From assembly GCA_023474215.1 (NCBI GenBank), contig JAMCYI010000011.1:16739-80738 (forward strand): a stretch of DNA of 64,000 nucleotides, given 5' to 3'. Within the stretch, counting starts at the first letter, position 1. The number at the start of each line of letters is the position of its first letter. Below, piece after piece: positions 1 to 10,057 of the stretch. The position numbers were made by a program, and so were the translations under genes. The notes beneath the pieces were generated by a model that did not search any database, was not told where the DNA came from, and saw only the letters and a list, made by a program, of their open reading frames with translations. This stretch comes from Patescibacteria group bacterium (GTDB taxonomy: Bacteria; Patescibacteriota; Minisyncoccia; UBA6257; GWB1-50-10).

Positions 1-202
1 ACCCCCTGCGGTACGTCGACGAAAGTGCAACACCGCGGGGCGAACAAAGAGCCGCAACCCGAAGGGGATACGGCAGATTTCCCCGCTGCCTTTGTCGCAT
101 TCGTCTCAGCGGATCGCTACGGATACGCCATCGGCTCCGCTTCGCGGCACTCGGTGAAATCTGCCAGTATCGCGGCTCGTGGTATTTTCGAGGTGGGTTC
201 TT

Positions 203-958
203 ATGAGGGGATTTTGCGAACTCATCGATGCGATCTTTGATGTCGTTTTCCCGCCGATCTGCCTTTCGTGCGAAACGATCGTCGGTGAGAATGAAAAAAC
301 ATTGTCGCTCTGCACATCGTGCCGTTCCCGCCTTAAAACAACAAGCGGATTCTTTTGTCCGGCATGTGGCAGGAGACTTCCTGCACCGCATGTTCCTTGC
401 CATGGAGGAGTTCAATTCGTGCTTGCTGCACCGTTTTTTTTCGAAGATCCAGTGATTCGAAAGATTATCCATCTCCTGAAATACAGTCACATCAAGCGAG
501 CGGCTGCTCCGCTTGCCTTTTTCATCGTTTCCTATCTTCAAAGCATCACAAGCATCAAGGATGCGGGCTATGACGACTTCGTGATGATCCCGACTCCCCT
601 CCACTCCTCGCGAGAAAGAAGAAGAGGCTTCAATCAATCGCTCCTCATTGCGCAAGAAATGGAAAAATTTTCAAAGATACTCGATGGCGAGCACCGGCTG
701 CCGAATTTCCGCATTGAAGCCGGCGTTCTTGCAAGAGTGCGAAAAACGGCACCGCAGATCAAGCAATCCTCGCGCGCAGCGAGGGCCGAGAACGTCCGCG
801 GATGTTTTGCCATCCGAGACGCCTCGAAGATAGCAGGGAGGAACATATTCCTCGTCGACGACGTTTTTACTTCAGGCGCCACCATGGGAGAGCTTGCAAG
901 ACTCCTCAAAACAAACGGAGCAAAGAAGATCATCGCCATCGTTGCCGCAAAAGCGTAA
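203..958 (+). CDS. comF: ComF family protein (phosphoribosyltransferase domain; competence protein ComFC-like)
   Basis: N-terminal CxxC...CxxC zinc-finger-like motifs. C-terminal PRTase signature LVDDVFTSGATM. ATG at 203 is in frame inside ORF 179..958. Confidence 0.7.
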   Translation: MRGFCELIDAIFDVVFPPICLSCETIVGENEKTLSLCTSCRSRLKTTSGFFCPACGRRLPAPHVPCHGGVQFVLAAPFFFEDPVIRKIIHLLKYSHIKRAAAPLAFFIVSYLQSITSIKDAGYDDFVMIPTPLHSSRERRRGFNQSLLIAQEMEKFSKILDGEHRLPNFRIEAGVLARVRKTAPQIKQSSRAARAENVRGCFAIRDASKIAGRNIFLVDDVFTSGATMGELARLLKTNGAKKIIAIVAAKA

Positions 959-969
959 GTTCCCTTGAT

Positions 970-3153
970 TTACTTTTCTTGGAAGAGGTTGTTCACGCGG
1001 CCGACATTGATGCAGTCGGCATTCGTAAGGCACTGCCCTTCGGATTTTTCAACTTGCGATCCGCTTTGCTGCGGCTGAAGGCCGAAGCCGCTCAAGTCGG
1101 ATGATTGCGCACCAGTGATGCTTTGATTACAAACGCTGTTCGCGGTGCAAATGGGTACCGGCGTGCCCGTCGAGCTTGCGCCGGAAACGAGCGTCTTGAC
1201 CGCAGCCCACGTTGACCACGCGCTGTCCGGGTTCGCTCTTCCGTCCGTATAGTGCACCTTCACGCGGTACGCATAGATCGTGTCCGGCGAAAGACCGCTG
1301 TCTATAACCACGGGATTCGTCGTCGTTGTAACGGATATGAAGTATGGATCATATGGCGTCGTTTGCCCTTCCGCGGTCGAAGGGGTTGTGAAGAGGGCGA
1401 TCACCTTTCCGAAGCCGGAAGCTATGCCTTGCACCGCATTGGAAACCGCCGACGCAACGCTCTTCGCCACACCGTCAAAAAACCCGGCGACCGACGACAT
1501 GATCGCATGAAGAGCGATCTTCCCGCTCACGCCGGGGGTGAAACTGCCATAGGCGCTCGAAACAAAGGTCGATGTCACGGTGGCCGTTCCGCTCAAGTGA
1601 TACTGAGGGCCGTAACTGCTCCCGCAATTGCCGGAACACGACCATGAACCAAAGACATAGTTGACCGCAGGGCTCGCATTCAAGGCGACCTGCGTGCCGT
1701 TCAAAAAGCTCGCTGAACAACTGTTCTTGCCGCCGCCGCAATCGATGCCCGAAGGATTGCTCGCCACCGATCCTCCTCCAGTAGGGCTTATTTTCACGCT
1801 GACAATAAAGTTGGTCGTTGCAGACGATGCATTGCTCTGATTCGAACATGCCGTGACCCTGTTCCCCTTCACGGCATCGTATCCGATATAGCATGCCCGC
1901 ACGGTGTAGGAATGCGTCGTATCGGATGATAGGCCGGTATCCGCGTATGACGTCGTCGAAGACGACATCGTAGACAAAAGCGATCCGTCCCGCCAAACCT
2001 CGATATATGAGGCCCGCCCTGAGTTATTGGTCCAGCTCAAATCGATCTCAGACGTGCCGTTTGCCGAAACCGTGAGATTCGTCGGCGCATAAGGCGGCGT
2101 GGTCACTGAAAAGGCGGTGGACGGCCACGTGCATGCGATGTTCGGTTGACCATCGGGTCCAGCATTCAAAACGGCATTTCCGGTGCTTGAAGCATAGAGA
2201 CCGCTAAGTCCCAATGTCGAACATTCGCGGACACGGTAATAGTAGGTTGTCGCCTCGCTCAAAGATCCGTTTGTCACCCCGTCGGTCTTACTGAAACTCT
2301 TCGTGGGATTCATGGAATCGGGAATCCACGGCGTATCGGTTATTTTCGAAAGCACGGGTACTTGGGAATTGTTCTCGTAGTGAAATTGATTCGTCGTCAC
2401 AAAATATGTCGAAGTGCTTCGTTCGATCAAGCCATAGTAGGTTGTCGAAGTCGTGTTATCTTTCCAACTCACTGTGGTAAAGACGTCGGTCGGTGTATCT
2501 TCGGTCGCACTCGCCGAAGTCGACGTCGGATTGTTCGGTGTTACTTTCATCCGCTGCACGACGAACTGGTACGATCCGGCGGTCGATGTTGAATTGTCTT
2601 TCCAATTCAAGTAGACCGTCGAGGGGCTGTTTGCGAACGCTTGCACCAGGGTCGGCGCATCGCTCGTTGTCGGACCCTGCGACCCACCAATCGAGCACGT
2701 CGTCTGATTGCTGTAGCTGAAGTTACGAGGACCTTGAACTAACCGAAGAACGTAGGTATAACTTCCCGGTGCCGGCGGATAATCGCTATACGTATAACTC
2801 CCCCCCTGCGATTGTGGAGCATACCATATGGAACTTGTCGTTACGGAACCCGTGATGTAACCGGAGGGGGTTATGGGAACATAGTTGCCGGAAACTCTTA
2901 AAAGGTCCACCTCTTGCACTGCGGAATTCGAGCCGGTCCACGTCGTAAAGATGGCACTGTTGTAAGACTGGCAACTAACGGTATATGGCACCGGCGGTTT
3001 AGGCGGAGGTGTCGGGGATGTCTGGACGGTTATCGTATCGGAATCGCAATAGCTACTATTGCACATGCCGGCCCAAACCTTCACGGCAACAAAGCCGGTC
3101 AGGATAACGAGCACTCCAACGAAAACGATTGAAGAAATTTTCTTCCCCGTCAT
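970..3153 (-). CDS. large exported Ser/Thr-rich surface protein with repeated beta-sandwich (FN3-like) segments
   Basis: ORF 970..3219. Internal Met at 3153 gives a signal/anchor peptide MTGKKISSIVFVGVLVILTGFVAV, and an aaggaa RBS precedes it. Composition is S/T/N/G-rich throughout. Confidence 0.5.
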   Translation of the reverse strand: MTGKKISSIVFVGVLVILTGFVAVKVWAGMCNSSYCDSDTITVQTSPTPPPKPPVPYTVSCQSYNSAIFTTWTGSNSAVQEVDLLRVSGNYVPITPSGYITGSVTTSSIWYAPQSQGGSYTYSDYPPAPGSYTYVLRLVQGPRNFSYSNQTTCSIGGSQGPTTSDAPTLVQAFANSPSTVYLNWKDNSTSTAGSYQFVVQRMKVTPNNPTSTSASATEDTPTDVFTTVSWKDNTTSTTYYGLIERSTSTYFVTTNQFHYENNSQVPVLSKITDTPWIPDSMNPTKSFSKTDGVTNGSLSEATTYYYRVRECSTLGLSGLYASSTGNAVLNAGPDGQPNIACTWPSTAFSVTTPPYAPTNLTVSANGTSEIDLSWTNNSGRASYIEVWRDGSLLSTMSSSTTSYADTGLSSDTTHSYTVRACYIGYDAVKGNRVTACSNQSNASSATTNFIVSVKISPTGGGSVASNPSGIDCGGGKNSCSASFLNGTQVALNASPAVNYVFGSWSCSGNCGSSYGPQYHLSGTATVTSTFVSSAYGSFTPGVSGKIALHAIMSSVAGFFDGVAKSVASAVSNAVQGIASGFGKVIALFTTPSTAEGQTTPYDPYFISVTTTTNPVVIDSGLSPDTIYAYRVKVHYTDGRANPDSAWSTWAAVKTLVSGASSTGTPVPICTANSVCNQSITGAQSSDLSGFGLQPQQSGSQVEKSEGQCLTNADCINVGRVNNLFQEK

Positions 3154-3234
3154 TTCCTTTATTATAGCAAATCGATACGCCGAGAAACATGAAACCCCAT
3201 GAGGTAGATACACACTCATGGGGTTTGCTTGTTG

Positions 3235-4539
3235 CTAGTGAACGAGATAGACCGGCGACTGGCTCGCGGTCACGGTGCATTGCCCGTTTTGAACGGTTAC
3301 GGTTTGGCTGCTCCCGGTAAGCGTCGTGAGCGTTGCGCTTGATCCCGCGATGTTCCCGACCGTTACCGTCTGTGGAGTATTTGCCGTAGTCCAAATGGCA
3401 TCTATCGTCTTCTGATTCCCAGAAAAACGGTATTCGAAGATCCCGTTTCCGAAGCTATTGCTCTCGAAAGTCGCTCCACCGAGGATTCCCGTAAGAGTCT
3501 GGTAGGCATCGTAGTCCTCTTTTGAAGACAGCGCCCGATCGCGATGAACGAGACCGAAGTTATCCTCGTAAGGATCGCCCGTCCCGTCATCCCGGAAATC
3601 GTACCAAAATACCTTTTGGACTTCCGGCAGAGCGAGCAGTTGGACATATGCGCGGACCAGGTAGTCGGCTTGCTGGCTTTCTGATACGTAAGACACTCCC
3701 GTCGTCCATCCTATCTCGGTAATCCATAGGGGCTTATCCGGAAACAAGTCGTGGAAACCGGCGATCTGTCCGACGAGCATGCTGGGATAGGTGGTGTCGC
3801 CGCGCACCGTGATATCGGGTGCCACGCCGGGATACAAATCGACCGCAAGGATATCGAAATAGCTCGACCCGCCTGCGGCGTATACCTGGCTCACAAAAGA
3901 TGTGTCGGTTCCGACAACGCCTCCCATAAGAATATGGCTTTCCGGCGCAACGCTCATGATTGCTTCGTAACTTGCCCTCAAGAGCCGTACATAATCGTTC
4001 GCGTTGGGGGTTGGATGCCAGAACATCGAGAAATCTTCTTCGCTCCAGATTTCCCAGTAGTGAATCTGGTTTTTGTACCGACCCACAACTGTTTCCACAT
4101 AGCTGCTCCATTCAGCGAGCATGGTATCGGTCAAGGAAGACATATCCTTGTGATTGTTGGCTGCGCCCCACCATGACGCTCCATAGCAGAGCATCCCCAA
4201 CACGTTGATCTTCGCCTTCAGTTCCCCATTTACCGCCTTGTCGAACGGTGACCAATTGAATTGGTTCTTCTTCGGCTCGAGAACCGTCCACTCGAAAGAT
4301 TCCCGCTGCCATCGAATTCCGGCATCTGCCATCTTCGCGATAGCGGTACCAATGAGCGCGGTGTCGCTCCCCTGGTAACGGGTTGCAAGACAAGTAGTGG
4401 CGCCAAAAGGCCAACTTTCATATTCCGAGGCGAAGGTTGGGGAATCGGGAGGGTTCGGATTTGGATTCGGAGACGGAGCATCCGGCGGCTTGCATCCTGC
4501 AAGGGTAGCCACCAAGAGCATAAAAACTAATCGATTCAT
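3235..4539 (-). CDS. lipoprotein glycoside hydrolase (TIM-barrel, clan GH-A-like)
   Basis: Lipobox LVATLAGC followed by a PNPNPNPP linker. NQIHYWEIWSEED and LWITEIGWT motifs are typical of retaining GH-A nucleophile and acid/base regions. Confidence 0.55.
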   Translation of the reverse strand: MNRLVFMLLVATLAGCKPPDAPSPNPNPNPPDSPTFASEYESWPFGATTCLATRYQGSDTALIGTAIAKMADAGIRWQRESFEWTVLEPKKNQFNWSPFDKAVNGELKAKINVLGMLCYGASWWGAANNHKDMSSLTDTMLAEWSSYVETVVGRYKNQIHYWEIWSEEDFSMFWHPTPNANDYVRLLRASYEAIMSVAPESHILMGGVVGTDTSFVSQVYAAGGSSYFDILAVDLYPGVAPDITVRGDTTYPSMLVGQIAGFHDLFPDKPLWITEIGWTTGVSYVSESQQADYLVRAYVQLLALPEVQKVFWYDFRDDGTGDPYEDNFGLVHRDRALSSKEDYDAYQTLTGILGGATFESNSFGNGIFEYRFSGNQKTIDAIWTTANTPQTVTVGNIAGSSATLTTLTGSSQTVTVQNGQCTVTASQSPVYLVH

Positions 4540-4699
4540 GAATTACCTCCTGTTCAAGAAATTCTTTTTCGTTATAAATATATGTAAATGTTCTTTTATC
4601 TCAGGCAAAACTTCTGTAAAAATCATACAATAAATGCGTCATGTTGTCAAAAACGGAAAAGAGGTTCAACTTTTTAAGCTGAACCTCTTTAAACAATGA

Positions 4700-6082
4700 T
4701 CACTTGAGAAGAACCATCTTCTTGGTTTGAGTGTAGTTTCCTGCACTCAAGCGATAGAAGTAGGTGCCGCTGGGAAGTGTTCCAGCAGCGAAGGATATTT
4801 CATGAACTCCTAGGTTCATTTCATCCTCGACAAGAGTTTTAACTTCTTGACCGAGAACATTGTAAACCTTGAGTGTCACGAAAGTCCTTTTCGGAATTTC
4901 GAATCGAATCGTGGTCGTCGGATTGAAGGGGTTCGGGTAGTTCTGAGACAGGGCAAAGGTGCTCGGGTTGTGAGTTGGCTCGTCAACAGCAGTCACGGTT
5001 GTTGACGACACGACGTACACGCCATCATCGGTACCGACGAGAACGCTGTCTTTCCCGTAAGGATACAGACAACTTACGTTTTTCCCGATGAAGTCGACGT
5101 CCTGCCACGTGGTACCCGAATCGGATGAATAGTAAAGACCTCCGTCTCCAGCGATACCGGTTCCGATATCGTTATGGAAGGCGGCCCATACTTTTCCATC
5201 TACAGCAAGAACGGCAGAGGCATACATGGGCATGGGAGTTTTTCCCGTCACCTGTGCCCAACTTATGCCGTCATCCGTCGAACGGAAAACACCTTCTCCA
5301 TCGGTCGCCGCGAAGACGAAACCAGTCGAAGAATCTGAGGTAAGACCCCAAATGTTATAGCCGTTGGCTTTCATCGTTCCGTCGGGATTCGTGCTACCGT
5401 CTCCGATAGTACCGATCTCGCCGATTAAACCGCTGTCGGATTTTATCCAACTACCGCTATCACCATTGGCGGTGGAACGATAGATGCCCTCGACATAACC
5501 TTGAGGGTCACCATTACCGGTACCCGCAATGACTGTTCCTTTTGGCGTGACAGTTACGGCACGGAATCCCCCGATTGGAGGATTGAGCACATCGGACCAA
5601 CTTGAACCATTATCGCTCGAACGATAAATGGAACCGCCAAAGCTCGTTCCTACAAATATGTTGGAATCCTTCACCGCTATTGCTAACGGGCTCGGAGAAC
5701 TCATTTTAGAAACGGAGTTCCAAGAATTACCATTGTCAGTGGAATTAAAAAGATCTCCTCCCGTTCCCAAAAACAAGGTTCCGTTTGAACTCGCCTCGAT
5801 CGCATACGCAGAGGCAAACGGCATATTGGCGCCCTTCAGACCATTCATTAAATGGACCCAGGTGCTCCCCCCATTTGAGGAACGATAAAGATAATCGGTT
5901 CCGGTACCCACGAAAATAGTTCCTGTTCTGTCCACAAAAAGACATTGGGCAGCGGCATTGACCTTCACTCCGTCCAATACCCGATCCACGCCGAAATTCG
6001 TCGTAGCACTTTGCTGTGCCACGGCATCTACCGGCATCATGCTCGCAAGGAGCACAAAAGCCGAAAGAATGATTGCTTTCAT
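4700..6082 (-). CDS. exported BNR/Asp-box repeat protein with T9SS-type C-terminal sorting domain
   Basis: Signal peptide present. At least five SxDxGxTW Asp-box repeats (SSNGGSTW, STDNGNSW, SSDNGSSW, STDDGISW, SSDSGTTW). C-terminus NYPNPFNPTTTIRF...VYNVLGQEV...GTYFYRL...KKMVLLK matches the Por secretion system CTD consensus. Confidence 0.7.
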   Translation of the reverse strand: MKAIILSAFVLLASMMPVDAVAQQSATTNFGVDRVLDGVKVNAAAQCLFVDRTGTIFVGTGTDYLYRSSNGGSTWVHLMNGLKGANMPFASAYAIEASSNGTLFLGTGGDLFNSTDNGNSWNSVSKMSSPSPLAIAVKDSNIFVGTSFGGSIYRSSDNGSSWSDVLNPPIGGFRAVTVTPKGTVIAGTGNGDPQGYVEGIYRSTANGDSGSWIKSDSGLIGEIGTIGDGSTNPDGTMKANGYNIWGLTSDSSTGFVFAATDGEGVFRSTDDGISWAQVTGKTPMPMYASAVLAVDGKVWAAFHNDIGTGIAGDGGLYYSSDSGTTWQDVDFIGKNVSCLYPYGKDSVLVGTDDGVYVVSSTTVTAVDEPTHNPSTFALSQNYPNPFNPTTTIRFEIPKRTFVTLKVYNVLGQEVKTLVEDEMNLGVHEISFAAGTLPSGTYFYRLSAGNYTQTKKMVLLK

Positions 6083-6216
6083 TTTGAATCGCTCCTTTCG
6101 AGCTTTTATCCAGTTAAAATCAGTTAATTAAAATTTTTTCACAAGGATTAAAAGCTACTTAATCCTTGACTATCAAGTATTATACCATAAATCTCGAAAA
6201 AAAGGAAGGGGTCGAT

Positions 6217-8475
6217 TTAGTGCAGTAATCCTCGCACTTTTACGTAGTAGGTGGTGTTGGCGTTAAGATTGGTTATGGGCTGCACGTAAGTGCCTGTCGC
6301 CGTAGAGTTTAGCACGTTGAGAGTATTCCATATCGACGGATTACTTGAAGTTGCATAGAGCACTTGGTCGTCTTTTGCATAGCTCTGCGGATTGGTCCAC
6401 TGCACCGTGAAGCTGTTCGATGTCACGCTTCCCGGCTGAATGGTGACGTTCGTCGGCCACGTGTTCGATGCCACAGGAGTGGTGGACGACGTCTGTACGC
6501 AGTAAAGCCCGTTTTGCGGATCGCTCACGTGGCTCGGATCGCAGAAAGAAATTTGCCCTATGACGTTCGCGGGAGTCGTCGCTCCCGAAAACGTGCCGGA
6601 AGCGAGAGCAAGCGATACGCCGGAAAGATTGACGTAGCCGTCAGCCGATCCAAGCGAGGGATCGGAAGTCAAAAATCTTGCATAGCCGGAAAGGGCGCCC
6701 GTACTCATGTTCACCGTCGGAAGATTGAAGCCCGGATACGTCGGATCCATGTCCCCTTCGTTGAACGAGAGCCAGCCGTAGCCGCAGCTCGGACGCGTGT
6801 CGCCTGAGAGGCATGAATTGCCGCTCCATGCATATCCCATTAGCCTCCCGGTATCGGGATTCAGGTAAACGCCGTAAGAAATCGGGCTCGTGCCGCTCAA
6901 GTTCGGCGAAACGGTATCGGAACTGAACTTCACCCAGCCGACGGCATTTGCCGCCGATGAGGGGATTGTGGAGCTGCCGGCCCACGCCCAGCCCTTCACG
7001 GGCGACATTTTGCTCAAATCGAGCGTTATCGAAGACCGGGGAACGATGATGACCGGCGTTGCATCGCCCGGGTTCAATTGATAGCTCGTTATACGGTACT
7101 GAACCGTCTGGCCGATGGTTGGCGAATCGATGTAGCAGTTGAGGGACTGAGCACCGGGACACTGCACGGTGAGTAATTGCCATGTCTGGCCGTTATCGGT
7201 GCTCTTTTGCGGATTGAACGATTGGAACTGGCCGGCCGAACTCCACAAGACCGGCACCGTGACGGTATTGTTCGAATTCACGTTTTGCACGACGGCCCGG
7301 AAGTTGCCGATCACATAGGCAGTTGTGATCGAGGTTTGTCCCGCAAATGAGCAGCCGTTCATGCTGCACGCCGATATGGAGTACGTGTAACCGGTCCCGT
7401 AGCTTGCCTGGTTATCCGTGAAACTCCTTGCGCTGCCGGAAACTGTTGCTAAAGGAACAAAACTTCCTTGGCCCGTTGCACGCTGCAAGACAAAGTGATC
7501 CACGTAGCTCGAGGGGCTCGCATCGCTCCACGTGAGCTTCACGGCAACCTGGCCCTGGTCGGGATGAAGGCCCGTACCGGTCGTCGTCGCGGAAAGTCCC
7601 GTCGGCGTGCGCGGTACGATGACGGTCGATACGCCGGACGCAATGGTCACCTGGTTCGAATCTTTCACCGTCACGCTGTTTCCGGAAACCGTATCGTCGG
7701 AAAACGGATGACAGTACAAATCCGTTTGGTAGTAGTTGATCGAGTAAATGCTGTCGCCGTTGAAAGAAACATTGCTGTCGGGAACGATGAGCGAGCCGCC
7801 GCTGAATATGCTGGATGCGCTGTATCTCGTGAGCCCCCATTGATTGGGGCCGCTTTTGCTGATCATGATGCCGAAGGTCTTGAGGTCCCGTCCGCCGAAT
7901 TCCGGATCGATCGGGATGTTGATACTGACCGAACTCCCGCCGGTCGTCGAAAACGTGGCGCCTTGCGGCCCGTTTTGATTGATCGACGGCAGGGCAGGCG
8001 TCGTTGCCGACGCTGAAACTTTGACGCCCGTTTGATAGCTGACCGGTTGCGATGAATCGACCGGCCATATCGAATAATTAATCTGCATATTGGGGTCGAG
8101 GCCGACGTAATTCGAGAGATTCGACGAACCCGGGGCGCACTGCTGGATATTAGTGAGGCCCGTGGCCGCCGTGCCATTCACGCTCGCTCCCAAAGCATCG
8201 TCGATGCAAACTTTCGGCGAGGTGTTTTGGGGATCATTCCCCAAATTGAACCCTTGCGAGGTATTGATGCTCCCCGATCGCGAAAACCAAAATGAAACGC
8301 TTGGTTGATTGGGGTTGCTTTGCCAGCCAAGTTCGATGGCGCAGGCCGAAACGGGAGTTGCCGTGAAATTGGAGATCGACGGCGTCGTTTGAGCTTTCAC
8401 CTCTGTGTGCAACCACAAGCCGGCCGCGAAGACGACGGCAAGGAGTATAAAAAATGAAATTTTTAACTTGCTCAT
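6217..8475 (-). CDS. large exported protein, S/T/N-rich (possible FN3-like repeats)
   Basis: ORF 6217..8499. Start at 8475 (MSKLKISFFILLAVVFAAG signal peptide) gives an ATGA stop/start overlap with the upstream gene. Last gene of a four-gene exported-protein operon. Confidence 0.5.
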   Translation of the reverse strand: MSKLKISFFILLAVVFAAGLWLHTEVKAQTTPSISNFTATPVSACAIELGWQSNPNQPSVSFWFSRSGSINTSQGFNLGNDPQNTSPKVCIDDALGASVNGTAATGLTNIQQCAPGSSNLSNYVGLDPNMQINYSIWPVDSSQPVSYQTGVKVSASATTPALPSINQNGPQGATFSTTGGSSVSINIPIDPEFGGRDLKTFGIMISKSGPNQWGLTRYSASSIFSGGSLIVPDSNVSFNGDSIYSINYYQTDLYCHPFSDDTVSGNSVTVKDSNQVTIASGVSTVIVPRTPTGLSATTTGTGLHPDQGQVAVKLTWSDASPSSYVDHFVLQRATGQGSFVPLATVSGSARSFTDNQASYGTGYTYSISACSMNGCSFAGQTSITTAYVIGNFRAVVQNVNSNNTVTVPVLWSSAGQFQSFNPQKSTDNGQTWQLLTVQCPGAQSLNCYIDSPTIGQTVQYRITSYQLNPGDATPVIIVPRSSITLDLSKMSPVKGWAWAGSSTIPSSAANAVGWVKFSSDTVSPNLSGTSPISYGVYLNPDTGRLMGYAWSGNSCLSGDTRPSCGYGWLSFNEGDMDPTYPGFNLPTVNMSTGALSGYARFLTSDPSLGSADGYVNLSGVSLALASGTFSGATTPANVIGQISFCDPSHVSDPQNGLYCVQTSSTTPVASNTWPTNVTIQPGSVTSNSFTVQWTNPQSYAKDDQVLYATSSNPSIWNTLNVLNSTATGTYVQPITNLNANTTYYVKVRGLLH

Positions 8476-9113
8476 TGTTTTACACATGTATAAACCCAAC
8501 CGTTCGGCGCATCATAATTGCTATGGGAACCCATGAAACCTTCCAATATTTTTACCATGGTATAACCAGCAGCACAGCCGTTAGCACTCGAAAATTGATT
8601 GGAGACGCCAACAGCGGAATCGTTGAAGCCGCCGTTATTGTCGCATTGACTTATTGTAGCTTGACCCGTTCCAGCGATACCGCAAACATCACCCTGCGGT
8701 GGAAGGACAAGCGACCCAACCGTTACATTACCGCTCATTTTGAAAAGTCCGCCGCTTAAAACCAAATTACCGGTCTGCCCGTCTTCATACGAAGAAAAAT
8801 GCGTTTGGCCGTTCGCGACGGAAAGCATCGACTGCTGGGGAAAATTGATGAACGTATTGCTACCAAAAGAAAGGGTTCCGGGAACTTGAAGTCCAAAAGA
8901 GTTGCCACCCAATACGCTGACCGACCCAACAGAGAAATTTCCGGTTTTTACTTGAGCCGAAGGACCTTCGTCGACGGGAATGACGCCCCCGCCGCCGGCT
9001 ACATACGGAGGAACGGTCGGTTCGATAAAGGAAGCTCTCACCAAACCGAAGTAGGCCACTTGAACCGCAAGGAAGATCGCAACGATGATCAAATAGCTCG
9101 TTTGTTTTTTCAT
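8472..9113 (-). CDS. exported protein, paralog family member (Cys-rich C-terminal domain ...CAAGY...CVKQ)
   Basis: Signal/anchor MKKQTSYLIIVAIFLAVQVAYFG. C-terminal motif is shared with the two upstream genes. Confidence 0.5.
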   Translation of the reverse strand: MKKQTSYLIIVAIFLAVQVAYFGLVRASFIEPTVPPYVAGGGGVIPVDEGPSAQVKTGNFSVGSVSVLGGNSFGLQVPGTLSFGSNTFINFPQQSMLSVANGQTHFSSYEDGQTGNLVLSGGLFKMSGNVTVGSLVLPPQGDVCGIAGTGQATISQCDNNGGFNDSAVGVSNQFSSANGCAAGYTMVKILEGFMGSHSNYDAPNGWVYTCVKQ

Positions 9114-9117
9114 AATT

Positions 9118-10047
9118 TTATGTTTTCACGCAAACATGGATATCGTTAGTGCCACCGTCGATCACATACTTACCGAAGTCGACACGCTGGTATCCGGCGG
9201 GGCAGCTTTGATAAGCACCGTTGGGGTTATAGCCGCCGCAATCGTAGACCAAGTGGTCGGTATAGAGCCCGCACCATTCACCCTTAATCGGGAAATCGTT
9301 TTTGTTCACCATGACCGTACCCGCCTGAATGTTCACTCCCCCACCCATCGGCTGATAGACGAGCTCCGCATAATTATCATATTGAATTATCTGACCGATC
9401 ACTCTGCCGTACTGATCAACGCAATTTCCGCTTCCATCGGAACTGGCCCCCGAACCGTAGAGAGTTTGGCAATCCAAAAATATTTTTTCATAATCATACC
9501 CGTAACTTCCTATCGGCGGAGGCGTCGATTGACCCTTGTATGGAGCATTCACGGCACCGCTGCAATCGATGTTGTCGGTCGTGTCACAAGAAAGTATCTC
9601 GGACTGCTGCGCCGCCGTCATGGAAGAGGTCGATACGTACACCCCATCCTCTTGCCAAACACCGAAACCGGAGATCGCTTGGCTTATCAAGGTACTCACG
9701 CTGCCGTCGGTCCCAATGGTAAACCCAATGTCTTGTCCGGTCACCGGCGCCGGGAAGAAAACGTTCAATTCGTTGTTCCCGAAACCTATCCGATTGCTCC
9801 CGCCGTTCGGGGCACAGCCTTGATTGCCGTTGCCGCTGAATATGATGCATCCCCCGTTCGCCTTGAAGGTGACGCTGTCTTGGGGCGTCTGGAAGGAAGA
9901 TTGGCTCATCGATAGATCGCCTGATTTCGTTTGTCCCGAAGAATTGGTCGTAACGGGCATCGGCGATTGCTGCGCGCTCGCCAAAAGAGTCGCCCCCTCA
10001 ACGAGAATGATGGCGATAAAGAGTGCGATGAGCGATTTTTGTTTCAT
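9118..10047 (-). CDS. exported protein, paralog family member (C-terminal WCG...CPAGY...CVKT domain)
   Basis: ORF 9118..10275 trimmed to the Met at 10047 (MKQKSLIALFIAIILVEGATLLASAQ signal peptide). The longer ORF would overlap the upstream gene by about 200 nt. Confidence 0.5.
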   Translation of the reverse strand: MKQKSLIALFIAIILVEGATLLASAQQSPMPVTTNSSGQTKSGDLSMSQSSFQTPQDSVTFKANGGCIIFSGNGNQGCAPNGGSNRIGFGNNELNVFFPAPVTGQDIGFTIGTDGSVSTLISQAISGFGVWQEDGVYVSTSSMTAAQQSEILSCDTTDNIDCSGAVNAPYKGQSTPPPIGSYGYDYEKIFLDCQTLYGSGASSDGSGNCVDQYGRVIGQIIQYDNYAELVYQPMGGGVNIQAGTVMVNKNDFPIKGEWCGLYTDHLVYDCGGYNPNGAYQSCPAGYQRVDFGKYVIDGGTNDIHVCVKT

Positions 10048-10057
10048 AAGTTCCGGT

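Noticed and set aside
1-178. ORF 25..240 and antisense ORF 106..315 at the window edge
   Set aside because: Short, overlapping the comF start region, no motifs. Possibly the 3' end of a truncated upstream gene but unsupported.
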